Part shown: piece after piece, positions 35,715-44,107 of the stretch | Position numbering within the stretch: the stretch's first letter is position 1 | How the letters are laid out: each line of letters starts with the position of its first letter | Assembly: GCA_043827405.1 (NCBI GenBank) | Contig: JBDRPD010000093.1 | Span: 1 to 61,365, forward strand | Reading direction: 5' to 3' | DNA: 61,365 nt | Origin: Elusimicrobiota bacterium | Lineage (GTDB): Bacteria > Elusimicrobiota > Elusimicrobia > UBA1565 | Notes under the pieces: model-generated | Seen by the model: the letters and a program-made list of their open reading frames with translations, nothing else | Told to the model about the DNA's origin: nothing | Database searches by the model: none | Made by a program: the position numbers and the translations under genes

Positions 35715-36610
35715 TGCCCTACTGTGTCCAGGTGCAGTGTCCCGCGGGGCTGCCGTTGTTTTTCGCGGCCGCCGGCCGCCGTCAGGGCGGGCTCGCGGGG
35801 GCGGCGGTGCTGCGCGCCAAGGTCAACCTATTCGACGTGATCGACGCCGAAGCCGCGGAATCGGACTTGGCGCTGGAAGTGACCGATGAAATCGGCAACG
35901 GTACGGCCGACGGCCGCGGCGACTGCGTCGCGCGGGCGGCCGTGATGTTTCGCCGGGCGTTCGGTGTGCGGACGGGGGCGCGGCTGCGGTTGACGAAGCG
36001 GATTCCAGCGGGTGCCGGTTTGGGCGGCGGCGCATCCGATGCCGCGGGCACCTTGGTCGCGCTGGCGCGGCTGCACCACATAAGGTTTGACCGCGGTCTG
36101 CTCGCGACGCTAAAAAAACTGGCTCTGAAGCTGGGCGGTGACGTCCCTTTCTTCACGCGAACGGAACCTGTCTGCGATATTCGCGGCTCCGGAGGCCGGC
36201 CCAAGCCGGTGGCCGTCAGTGGAACGCTGCCTTGGATAATCCTTGTATTTCCAAGCAAAATAACGGTTCGTGAAGCGGTCCTGGAGCGTTGGAGGCCGGA
36301 CGACAAAGGGGCTGTCTTGACAAGGCTTTCGCATCTTGATACACTCAAAAAAAAGCTAGGAAAAGGAAGGCCTATTTCGGAATGGGAAGGACTTCTTTTT
36401 AACCAGCTCGAGCATGCGGTGCTGGATATTCATCCGGGAGTTCGTCAGGCCCATAGTATTCTGAACCGCCTCCGGCTGCAAGGCGTATCGGTTTCCGGTT
36501 TTGGAGCTGCTGTTTTTGGGTTCGTCCCCTCGCGCGAAGAGGGAGAGGCTGTGATGCGGCGGCTTCGGGGATACCCGTGGAAGACGTTTCTCGTTAGCTG
36601 TCTGGGCTAA
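35714..36610 (+). CDS. ispE: IspE-like GHMP kinase (4-diphosphocytidyl-2-C-methyl-D-erythritol kinase family, divergent N-terminus)
   Basis: KRIPAGAGLGGGASDAA, GGDVPFF, LFNQLE, VSGFG; syntenic position before tRNA-Gln/prs. PAKxN and GYH motifs are degenerate. Confidence 0.8.
   Translation: MPYCVQVQCPAGLPLFFAAAGRRQGGLAGAAVLRAKVNLFDVIDAEAAESDLALEVTDEIGNGTADGRGDCVARAAVMFRRAFGVRTGARLRLTKRIPAGAGLGGGASDAAGTLVALARLHHIRFDRGLLATLKKLALKLGGDVPFFTRTEPVCDIRGSGGRPKPVAVSGTLPWIILVFPSKITVREAVLERWRPDDKGAVLTRLSHLDTLKKKLGKGRPISEWEGLLFNQLEHAVLDIHPGVRQAHSILNRLRLQGVSVSGFGAAVFGFVPSREEGEAVMRRLRGYPWKTFLVSCLG
36317..36345 (+). promoter_or_regulatory. Internal sigma70 promoter within ispE
   Basis: TTGACA(36317-36322)-17bp-TACACT(36340-36345) with TGn extension; locally AT-rich codons. 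Confidence 0.75.
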
Positions 36611-36653
36611 GCGGGAGCACGGCGGGTGCGGTAGCAACTGTGGAGGGCGTATC

Positions 36654-36935
36654 ATGGAGATAACCGAAATCCGGGTCCATCTTCGCAATGAAGACAAGCT
36701 GAAAGCCTTCGTCACCGTTACCTTCGACGCCTGTTTTGTCGTGCGCAACATGAAGGTCATCGAGGGGAATAAGGGGTTGATCCTCTGCATGCCGTCGAGG
36801 AAGCTGCCCAATGGAAGCTACAAGGATATCGCGCATCCGATATCCATGGACTTCCGCAAATTTTTGGAAGACAAGATTATGGCCGCATACGAGGAAGAGG
36901 CCAAGAAAGGCGGTTCTCCGGGGGGCAGCGATTAA
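36654..36935 (+). CDS. spoVG: SpoVG family nucleic-acid-binding protein
   Basis: MEITEIRV, LKAFVTVTFD, VIEG, MPSRK, YKDIAHPI; GGAGG SD. Confidence 0.96.
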   Translation: MEITEIRVHLRNEDKLKAFVTVTFDACFVVRNMKVIEGNKGLILCMPSRKLPNGSYKDIAHPISMDFRKFLEDKIMAAYEEEAKKGGSPGGSD

Positions 36936-36954
36936 AGCGGCCGGGTTCTATTTC

Positions 36955-37025
36955 TCCCGGGTGGTGTAACGGTAACACACCAGCCTTTGGAGCTGGGTTT
37001 CTAGGTTCGAGTCCTAGCCCGGGAA
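36955..37025 (+). tRNA. tRNA-Gln(TTG)
   Basis: Acceptor stem TCCCGGG/CCCGGGA, anticodon arm CCAGC-CT-TTG-GA-GCTGG, T-arm CTAGG-TTCGAGT-CCTAG; CCA not encoded. Confidence 0.96.
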
Positions 37026-37055
37026 CTTTTTCAGTTCGTGATGAGAGAGATGACC

Positions 37056-38459
37056 ATGAAAAGCGCGGGAAAGAAGTCCGGTAAGAGCGGCGGACTGGCG
37101 GTCCTGATCCTGGCGGCCGGGCAGGGGACGCGCATGCAGTCGTCCGTCCCGAAAGTGCTCCACGCGCTGGGCGGCCGGCCGCTGATCTATTACCTGCTGC
37201 GCCTGGCCAATGCGCTGAAGCCCGCGGGCATCGGCATCGTCGTCGGTCATCAGGAGGCGATCGTCCGCAAGGAGATCACGGATTCGCTTAAGGATTGGGG
37301 GATATCACGGTCCATCACCTATATCCGGCAGAAGAACCCCACCGGTTCGGGCGGCGCCGTGCTCGACTCGCTGCCGTTCCTCAATAAATTCCAAACGGCT
37401 CTCGTCATGTGCGGAGATGCTCCGCTGCTGACCTTCGACACGCTCTACGCTTTGCACAACCAGCACCGTACCGAGAAGGGGCAGGTGACGATGCTGACGG
37501 CGCGGCTGCACAGCCCCCACGGCTACGGCCGGATTATCCGTTCGCCGATCGGCGAGGTGATGCGCATCGTCGAGCAGTCGCACGCGACGCAGAAGGAAGC
37601 GGCTATCTGCGAGGTGAACTCCGGCACCTACTGCTTTGAGGTGCCGCTGCTGGCCGATGCGGTCAAGAAGCTGCGGCCGCAGGGCTCAAAGAAGGAGCTG
37701 TATCTTACGGACTGCCTGGAACATGTGCGCTCCAACGGCGGCCGCGTGACGGCCTATCTTAGCGCCATGTCGGAGGAGATTCTGGGCGTCAATACGCGCG
37801 TCCAGCTGGCGCAGGCCGAGCGCGTCCTCAACCGCCGCATGCTCGAGCGTCTTATGCTCTCCGGCGTGACGATCATCGATCCGAACCATATTTATGTGGA
37901 CGCCGACGTCGAGGTAGGCCAGGACAGCGTCCTTTACCCGGGCACGATCCTGAAAGGGAAGACCAAGATCGGCAGGAACTGCCAGATCGGCCCTTATACC
38001 CAGATCGAAGATTCCGCGATCGGCAATGACTGCTCGGTCGTTTTCTCGCTGGTACGGTCGTCGCGCATCCTTGAGAAATCCTCAATCGGACCGTACTCCC
38101 ATGTGCGCCCGGAGAGCGTCATCGGGCCGCGCGCGCGCGTCGGCAACTTTTCGGAGATCAAAGCCTCGCGCATCGGCTTCGGTTCCAAGGTTCCGCATCT
38201 GAGCTATATCGGAGACGCCGAGATCGCGGAGGATGTGAACGTGGGGGCCGGGACGATCACCTGCAACTACGACGGGCATAAGAAGCATAAGACAATTATC
38301 GGCCCCAAGGTTTTTATCGGCTCCAACGTCAATCTGATCGCCCCGGTCAAGGTCGGCCGCGGCGCCAAAATAGGCGCCGGCTCGACGATTACCGAGGATG
38401 TGCCCGAGGGCAGCCTCGCCATTGAACGCGGAACGCAGGTCAACAAGGTGAAGAAATGA
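37056..38459 (+). CDS. glmU: Bifunctional UDP-GlcNAc pyrophosphorylase/GlcN-1-P acetyltransferase
   Basis: ILAAGQGTRM...PKVLH, GDAPL, GYGRIIR, EVNSG, HLSYIGDA, TCNYDG, hexapeptide repeats; start could be 37050. Confidence 0.97.
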   Translation: MKSAGKKSGKSGGLAVLILAAGQGTRMQSSVPKVLHALGGRPLIYYLLRLANALKPAGIGIVVGHQEAIVRKEITDSLKDWGISRSITYIRQKNPTGSGGAVLDSLPFLNKFQTALVMCGDAPLLTFDTLYALHNQHRTEKGQVTMLTARLHSPHGYGRIIRSPIGEVMRIVEQSHATQKEAAICEVNSGTYCFEVPLLADAVKKLRPQGSKKELYLTDCLEHVRSNGGRVTAYLSAMSEEILGVNTRVQLAQAERVLNRRMLERLMLSGVTIIDPNHIYVDADVEVGQDSVLYPGTILKGKTKIGRNCQIGPYTQIEDSAIGNDCSVVFSLVRSSRILEKSSIGPYSHVRPESVIGPRARVGNFSEIKASRIGFGSKVPHLSYIGDAEIAEDVNVGAGTITCNYDGHKKHKTIIGPKVFIGSNVNLIAPVKVGRGAKIGAGSTITEDVPEGSLAIERGTQVNKVKK

Positions 38460-39484
38460 GCTCCAATACCGCCGCTCCGGCAAAGCGCAGGCCCGCGAAG
38501 CACAAGAAAGTCCGGTCGGCCATGCGCAAGCTGGACCCCGGCAGGTCGGATTGGGCGCTGAAGCTGTTCGCCGGGAACTCCAACCGTCCGCTGGCGGAGA
38601 AGATCGCGGCCTATATCGGGGTGGAGCTCAGCAACGCCGAAGTCGGCCGCTTCGCCGACGGCGAGATCCACGCGCAGATTCAGGAGAACGTGCGCGGCAA
38701 GGACTGCTACGTCATCCAGTCCACCTGCCGGCCGGCCAATGAGAATCTCATGGAGATGCTCATTATGATTGACGCTCTGAAGCGGGCGAGCGCCGGGCGC
38801 ATCACGGCCGTCATGCCGTATTTCGGCTATGCCCGGGCGGATCGCAAGGCGCAGCCGCGCGTGCCCATCTCCTCCAAGCTGATCGCCAACCTGATTACGC
38901 AGGCGGGGGCGGACCGCGTCATCACGGTGGATCTGCACGCGGGGCAGATCCAGGGCTTCTTCGACATCCCCGTCGACCACTTGTTCGCGATGCCGGTCAT
39001 TCTTGATTATCTCTGGAAGAAGCCGCTGAGCAACTTCACCGTGGTCTCTCCCGACGTCGGCGGGGTGGAGCGGGCGCGGGCGTTCGCCAAGCGGCTCAAG
39101 GCGGATCTGGTGATCATTGATAAACGGCGGCCGCGGCCCAATGAGGTGTCCATCTATAACATCATCGGCGACGTGAGGAACAAGACGGCGCTGATCCTAG
39201 ACGATATGGTCGACACGGCGGGGACGCTGTGCCGGGTGGCGGATAAGGTTCGGGAAGCGGGGGCGGTGAGGGTGGTGGCCTCCTGCGTGCACGGCGTGCT
39301 CTCGGGCGGCGCGGTCGATATGATTCGCAACTCCTCGATCGAGGAGCTGATTATGACGGATACGATCCCATGCCGCGTCCCCAGCGACGACCCCTTGTTC
39401 AAGTTTTTATCGATCGCGCCGATTCTCGGCGAGGCGATTTATCGTAATCATTGCGGCGAGTCCATCAGTGAGCTGTTCGTGTAA
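38456..39484 (+). CDS. prs: Ribose-phosphate pyrophosphokinase
   Basis: RFADGE, PYFGYARADRK, DLHAGQIQGFF, VSPDVGG, DDMVDTAGTL. Confidence 0.98.
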   Translation: MSSNTAAPAKRRPAKHKKVRSAMRKLDPGRSDWALKLFAGNSNRPLAEKIAAYIGVELSNAEVGRFADGEIHAQIQENVRGKDCYVIQSTCRPANENLMEMLIMIDALKRASAGRITAVMPYFGYARADRKAQPRVPISSKLIANLITQAGADRVITVDLHAGQIQGFFDIPVDHLFAMPVILDYLWKKPLSNFTVVSPDVGGVERARAFAKRLKADLVIIDKRRPRPNEVSIYNIIGDVRNKTALILDDMVDTAGTLCRVADKVREAGAVRVVASCVHGVLSGGAVDMIRNSSIEELIMTDTIPCRVPSDDPLFKFLSIAPILGEAIYRNHCGESISELFV

Positions 39485-39543
39485 AACCCAATAAGTCGAA
39501 GGCCGGTACCGAAGAATTTAAGAACGAGGTAGGAGAGGATACG

Positions 39544-40260
39544 ATGGCAGACATTGAAATTACAGCTTCTATACGCGGTGGGAAGAGCCGCAAAGGCGAG
39601 CTCGCAAAACTCCGCGAATCGCGGACCATCCCCGGCGTTGTTTACGGGGGGGGCAAGAAGGGAAATCTGCTCGTGACCGTTTCCGAACTCGCGCTGCTTA
39701 AGGCGATGAAGACCGGCGGCGCGAATACGGTCATTCACCTTAAGCACGATGAGGGCGAGGAGACGGTTATCGTCAAGGACCTGCAGCGTCACGTCGTGAC
39801 CAACGCCGTCCTCCACGCGGACTTTCAGCGCGTCGATCTGGCGAAGAAGATCATCGTCGAGGTGCCGATCAGCGTGCTCGGCGAGCCCCCCGGCGTCAAG
39901 CTGCACGGCGGCGTGCTCGAGCATACGCTGCGCGAGGTTGAGGTCGAAGCCCTGCCGGGAAGCATCCCGCAGAAGATCGAAGTGGATATCTCGAAGCTCG
40001 AGATCGGTGAGGCCATCAAAGCCAAAGACCTGATCGTGCCGGCGGGCGTGATCGTGCTGGAAGATGCCGAGCAGATCATCGTGCACGTCATGCACATGAA
40101 GGTCGAGGCGGAGCCCGTTCCGGGAGTCGACGGCGAAGAGGTGGCGGAGCCCGAAGTCCTCAAGCAGGGCAAGAAGGAAGAGGGAGCCGAAGGCGAGGCC
40201 GCGGACAAGAAGGACGGCGAGAAGAAGGACGGCGGCAAGAAGGACGGCGGCAAGAAGTAA
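39544..40260 (+). CDS. rplY: 50S ribosomal protein L25/general stress protein Ctc
   Basis: IPGVVYG, HADFQRV, GVKLHGGVL, IPQKIEVDIS, EPEV. Confidence 0.95.
   Translation: MADIEITASIRGGKSRKGELAKLRESRTIPGVVYGGGKKGNLLVTVSELALLKAMKTGGANTVIHLKHDEGEETVIVKDLQRHVVTNAVLHADFQRVDLAKKIIVEVPISVLGEPPGVKLHGGVLEHTLREVEVEALPGSIPQKIEVDISKLEIGEAIKAKDLIVPAGVIVLEDAEQIIVHVMHMKVEAEPVPGVDGEEVAEPEVLKQGKKEEGAEGEAADKKDGEKKDGGKKDGGKK
40207..40257 (+). repeat. 15-bp coding tandem repeat (KKDGx x3) in rplY tail
   Basis: aagaaggacggcgag aagaaggacggcggc aagaaggacggcggc aagaag. Confidence 0.8.
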
Positions 40261-40278
40261 TCTTGTCCGCCGCCGCGT

Positions 40279-40869
40279 GTGGAAGGGGAAGCGATTCGTC
40301 TTGTCGTCGGACTGGGAAACCCGGGGGAGCGCTATGCCGGCACCCGGCACAATGTCGGCTTCATCGCCGTCGAGCGTTTCGTCGCGTCCCTGGAAGGGGC
40401 GTGGTCGGCCGCCCGGCCCGGTGCGGGGCGGCAGGCCAAGGTCCGGCTGCCCGGCGGTCGGGAGCTGTGGGTCGTGCAGCCGCACACCTTCATGAACGTC
40501 TCCGGCGAGATGGTCGCGGCTTTCGCGCGCTACTACAAGATCGCTCCGCCGGCGGTGCTCGTGGTCGCCGATGACTTCAGCCTTCCTTTGGGGAAAATCC
40601 GTGTCCGCCGGCAGGGCTCTTCCGGCGGGCAGAAGGGGCTGGAATCCATTCTCCGGCAGTTCGGGACGCAGGAGGTTCCGCGTGTTCGTTTGGGGATCGG
40701 CCCGGTTCCGCCGCACTACAATCCGGCGGATTTCGTTTTGGGACGCTTTCGCAAAGACGAGTCGGATTGCTGTGCGGAGCAGATGCGGCGCGCGGCGGAC
40801 GCGATTCGCGCCTGCTGCGAGAAGGATGTCGGCGCTGCCATGAACTCCTTTAACGGCGGGGAAAAATGA
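40279..40869 (+). CDS. pth: Peptidyl-tRNA hydrolase
   Basis: LVVGLGNPG, TRHNVGF, TFMNVSG, SSGGQKGL, RVRLGIG, DFVL, AMNSFN. Confidence 0.96.
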   Translation: MEGEAIRLVVGLGNPGERYAGTRHNVGFIAVERFVASLEGAWSAARPGAGRQAKVRLPGGRELWVVQPHTFMNVSGEMVAAFARYYKIAPPAVLVVADDFSLPLGKIRVRRQGSSGGQKGLESILRQFGTQEVPRVRLGIGPVPPHYNPADFVLGRFRKDESDCCAEQMRRAADAIRACCEKDVGAAMNSFNGGEK

Positions 40870-41096
40870 GGCCGGAGATCAAGATCGCGCTGGGCATCGC
40901 ATTTTTTTTCCTCGGACTCGGCTATTTATTCCGCCCCACGTGGATTGAGCGCATGAACTCGTTTATCCGCGAGACGGTCCTCAATGACGCATATATCGCC
41001 CTCGAACGCCGCAAGTGGGGTGTTTTCTTTCTGCTGCTGGCGTTTCTGTTCCTCTATATGGGCATGACATCGATCTACGGCATCCCGGAATGGTAG
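40866..41096 (+). CDS. Small membrane protein (2 TM)
   Basis: ATGA overlap with pth; two hydrophobic segments. Confidence 0.7.
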   Translation: MRPEIKIALGIAFFFLGLGYLFRPTWIERMNSFIRETVLNDAYIALERRKWGVFFLLLAFLFLYMGMTSIYGIPEW

Positions 41097-41107
41097 GAGA
41101 TGCGGAT

Positions 41108-41272
41108 ATGACGCTCGATCCGGAGCTGTTGAAGCTGCTGGCCTGCCCCGCCTGCAAGAAACCGCTTAAGTCGGTCGCGCAGGGTCTTGACTGCCCCGCC
41201 TGCCGCAAGCGTTATCCGGTGCGGGACGGAATCCCGGTCCTGCTTATTGAGGAAGCGGCCGCGCTCGATTAG
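41108..41272 (+). CDS. Trm112/YcaR family protein
   Basis: LDPELLKLLACPACK...CPACRKRYPVRDGIPVLL; AGGAG SD. Confidence 0.9.
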   Translation: MTLDPELLKLLACPACKKPLKSVAQGLDCPACRKRYPVRDGIPVLLIEEAAALD

Positions 41273-41285
41273 CGAAGCGGCCCGC

Positions 41286-41702
41286 TCAATCCTGCTGGTC
41301 GATGACGACGTTGATGTCGCGGCCGCCGGACCATACTTCTCCCCGGTGCGTCCCCCGCAGGTCTCCCTTAAGCGTAACTCCCAGCGTGCCGTGCGAGTTG
41401 ACGACAACGCGCACCTGGAGGGGGCCTGCCCAGGCGGGGCCCGGCAGGACGAGGTCCTCGGCGTTCATGCGGTAGTGTACGGGCAGCGTGGGGTTGATAA
41501 TTTTTTTAATGGCGACGGGAACCCCGCTGTTGTTGGTCGCGACGATGAATAGAACGAGGTTGGGGCGTTGGGTTAGTTTTTGGATCGGCGGCGGCGCGGT
41601 GATGCTGCCGGAGAAATGGAAGGATGTGCGGCCGTCGCGGGCGCAGCCGAACGTGAGGCCGCCGACCATAAGCAGCGGCAGGAGCCGTCCCGGCGGGCTC
41701 AA
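41286..41702 (-). CDS. Putative lipoprotein resembling the CcmI/CycH C-terminal domain
   Basis: TTG start overlapping upstream stop (TTGA); lipobox-like LTFGC; LFIVA...GVPVAIKKI...LPVHYRMNAEDLVLPG. Confidence 0.6.
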   Translation of the reverse strand: MSPPGRLLPLLMVGGLTFGCARDGRTSFHFSGSITAPPPIQKLTQRPNLVLFIVATNNSGVPVAIKKIINPTLPVHYRMNAEDLVLPGPAWAGPLQVRVVVNSHGTLGVTLKGDLRGTHRGEVWSGGRDINVVIDQQD

Positions 41703-42493
41703 ACCGCGTCCGGCGGCGGCACGTGCTGCCGGATGGCCTGCCAGAGGTAGACGCCGACGACGATGAACGCCAGGACGCGGAAATACGGGATCGGCTTGAG
41801 CAGCAGCAGGGTGACCATTTGCAGCACGATAACGGGCGTCTGGGCATATACCGCGAGCTTGTAGAGCTCGCTGAATTCCAGGCGGCCGCCCACGCCGGCG
41901 TTGATCAGCAGCGCGACCAGCGAGTAGATGAGCGCGGCGGCGTGCTTCCACAGCAGGAAGATCAGCCACGAGGTAAGGAGCGCCGCGGGATAGAGAATCG
42001 TGGTCAGGACCGAGCCCAGCGACTGGTAAAATTCGGCGTTGATGCTGACCGGCTTTTCGTTCTGCGCCTTGGAGAGATCATAGGCTTCCATGCGGGCGCC
42101 GGCGCTGCCGCCGCGGACGACGTAGATGGCGTTCTGCGTCAGGTAGGCGAGCGCCTTGCGCTCGTGCATCTCCGCCGGCGTCACGGCCGTCGTGCGGTCC
42201 GTATCGATGATGACGGTCAGCTCTTCTGCTTTGGGGTGGCGGACCACGGTAAGGCCCTGCGCCGAGCTGCTGAGCTTGCCGTCGGCCAGCGTCATTTCGG
42301 GGACCTCCGTCGAAGCCCAGTCGACGGCTTCCTGGATTTTCGGCCGCAGATGCACGAACAGCGCGATGACGACAACGACGCTGTAGATCAGGCCCAAATA
42401 CGCGATGTAGCCGAATGTCGCGCCAAGGCTCTTCTTGGGAACATCGCGGTAGAACGCGAAATCAATAACGCTTTTTAGCGGATCAGTAATCAT
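41699..42493 (-). CDS. DUF1189-like membrane protein
   Basis: N-terminal TM, periplasmic loop (PEMTLADGKL), three C-terminal TMs with YKLAVYAQTP; TTGAAA(42525-42530)-17bp-TATTCT promoter 8 nt before ATG. Confidence 0.7.
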   Translation of the reverse strand: MITDPLKSVIDFAFYRDVPKKSLGATFGYIAYLGLIYSVVVVIALFVHLRPKIQEAVDWASTEVPEMTLADGKLSSSAQGLTVVRHPKAEELTVIIDTDRTTAVTPAEMHERKALAYLTQNAIYVVRGGSAGARMEAYDLSKAQNEKPVSINAEFYQSLGSVLTTILYPAALLTSWLIFLLWKHAAALIYSLVALLINAGVGGRLEFSELYKLAVYAQTPVIVLQMVTLLLLKPIPYFRVLAFIVVGVYLWQAIRQHVPPPDAV

Positions 42494-42526
42494 GGTGTCT
42501 TAGAATACCAGAAGGTCCGTGGTATT

Positions 42527-43072
42527 TCAATCAGACCGGCGCTTCCACCGGGTTTCGGCCCGCCGGGATTTCGCGTTGACCCAGCGCGCGGCCGTGAATA
42601 GGTAGTCGGAGAGACGGTTGAGATAAACCCGCACGCCGTGCGGCGCCTCGCCGCGGCCGAGGCGCAGAACTGCGCGTTCGGCTCGCCGGCATACGGCGCG
42701 GCAGATATGCAGCCGCGCACCCGCGGGCGAGCCGCCGGGGAAGATGAAGTTCCGCAGGGGCGTCAGGTCCGCGCTCATCGCGTCGATGCGCGCTTCCAGC
42801 CGCGCCGTCTTGGCCGCGTCCGGCGCCTGTCGTCGGGCGGGAGAGGCCAGCAGCGCGCCGCTGGTGAAGAGTTCCGCCTGGATGTCCAGGAGATCGCGGC
42901 GCAGCGGCTTATAGACGCGGTTGTGGGGCACAACGGCGAGCGCATCGCCCAGGAAAGCGTTAAGTTCGTCGACGGCGCCGCAGGCTTCGATGCGCGGATG
43001 GGTTTTGGCAACGCGCCGGCCGCCGATCAGTCCGGTGCTCCCGCGGTCCCCCGTTTTGGTATAGATCTTCAT
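42527..43072 (-). CDS. ATP:cob(I)alamin adenosyltransferase (PduO-type)
   Basis: MKIYTKTGDRGST, GAVDELNA, FIFPGG, RAVCRRAER, YLNRLSDYLF. Confidence 0.95.
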   Translation of the reverse strand: MKIYTKTGDRGSTGLIGGRRVAKTHPRIEACGAVDELNAFLGDALAVVPHNRVYKPLRRDLLDIQAELFTSGALLASPARRQAPDAAKTARLEARIDAMSADLTPLRNFIFPGGSPAGARLHICRAVCRRAERAVLRLGRGEAPHGVRVYLNRLSDYLFTAARWVNAKSRRAETRWKRRSD

Positions 43073-43152
43073 GGCGTCAGACTGCAAGTTATTTTAGCTT
43101 TGATTGGTAGTGTGAAATAGTACAAAACTAAAATAAGTTGCAGTCTGACGCC
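43073..43152. repeat. 25-bp inverted repeat (1 mismatch) around a 30-bp spacer
   Basis: GGCGTCAGACTGCAAGTTATTTTAG (43073-43097) and CTAAAATAAGTTGCAGTCTGACGCC (43128-43152). Confidence 0.92.
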
Positions 43153-43259
43153 GGTGTATATTGGTTATCAATACTCGCATATATCACATTTTTAGCTGCT
43201 GTTGAATGTGTAAAAACACTTAAAAAATAAGATAAAAAACAAATATGCCAACAGCGTTT

Positions 43260-43320
43260 AAACTTGATATATTTCGTCAGGTATGATAAACTATTAAAGG
43301 TGAATAGATTGATCAACTTA
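43260..43320 (+). promoter_or_regulatory. suf promoter with two IscR-type (Rrf2) operator-like boxes
   Basis: TTGATA(43264-43269)-17bp-TAAACT(43287-43292, TGn-extended); boxes AAACTTGATATATTTCGTCAGGTAT (43260-43284) and AAAGGTGAATAGATTGATCAACTTA (43296-43320). Confidence 0.7.
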
Positions 43321-43345
43321 GCTGTCGTTATTTTGGAGGACGTTC

Positions 43346-44101
43346 ATGGCTGCCCTGCTTAAAGTACAAGACCTGCACGCGGAAGTCGAAGGAAAGGAGA
43401 TTCTTAAAGGCCTGACGCTGACGGTCTCCGCCGGGGAGGTGCACGCCATTATGGGGCCCAACGGTTCGGGGAAGAGCACCTTCTCCAATGTTCTAATGGG
43501 GCATCCGAATTATCAGATTACTCGCGGGCAGATTCTCTATAAAGGGGAGGATATCACGGGGTTCTCGGCGGAGCAGCGCGCGCGTCGCGGGATATTCCTC
43601 GCTTTCCAGTATCCCACGGCCATCCCGGGCGTGTCGGTGGCGAATTTTCTGCGCACGGCGCTCAAGGCGGTCAGCGCGGATGGGAAGCAGGCCGTGAAGA
43701 CGTTTCGCAAAACGTTGAAGGAGAAGATGGCGCTCCTGAGCATGGACCCCAAGTTCGCCACGCGCTATGTAAATGACGGCTTTTCCGGCGGCGAGAAGAA
43801 GCGCCTCGAGGTTTTGCAGATGGCTATTCTGAATCCGGATTTCGCGATCCTCGACGAAACCGATTCGGGCCTGGATATCGACGCCCTGCGCATCGTGTCG
43901 GAGGGCATCAACCGCCTCGTGAGCCCGGACAAAGGCATTTTGATGATTACGCATTACCAGCGCATGCTCGACTACGTGAAGCCGCACTTCGTGCACGTGC
44001 TCAAGGACGGCCGCATCGAGAAGTCGGGCGGTCCGGAGTTGGCGCTGGAGCTGGAGAAGACCGGATACCTCGTAAAAGTGAAGCAGCCCGCGGAGGTCTG
44101 A
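43346..44101 (+). CDS. sufC: Fe-S cluster assembly ATPase SufC
   Basis: [44 protein letters not shown]. Confidence 0.97.
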   Translation: MAALLKVQDLHAEVEGKEILKGLTLTVSAGEVHAIMGPNGSGKSTFSNVLMGHPNYQITRGQILYKGEDITGFSAEQRARRGIFLAFQYPTAIPGVSVANFLRTALKAVSADGKQAVKTFRKTLKEKMALLSMDPKFATRYVNDGFSGGEKKRLEVLQMAILNPDFAILDETDSGLDIDALRIVSEGINRLVSPDKGILMITHYQRMLDYVKPHFVHVLKDGRIEKSGGPELALELEKTGYLVKVKQPAEV

Positions 44102-44107
44102 GCGATT

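Noticed and set aside
35816..35836. AKVNLF inside ispE as the true N-terminal PAKxNL motif (alternative start or frameshift)
   Set aside because: It aligns with the downstream xxIxLxD strand; no G-x-R-x-DGYH follows it, and no obvious frameshift restores the motif.
36955..37025. tRNA-Gln as an integration site
   Set aside because: Flanked by core genes; no integrase or duplicated 3' end seen.
40207..40257. Tandem repeat as CRISPR or contingency locus
   Set aside because: In-frame low-complexity charged tail typical of Ctc/L25, with no spacers.
43073..43345. Cobalamin riboswitch upstream of the adenosyltransferase, and the 62-aa ORF 43128-43316
   Set aside because: No B12-box-like sequence seen; the ORF is an AT-rich promoter-region artefact with no SD or motif.
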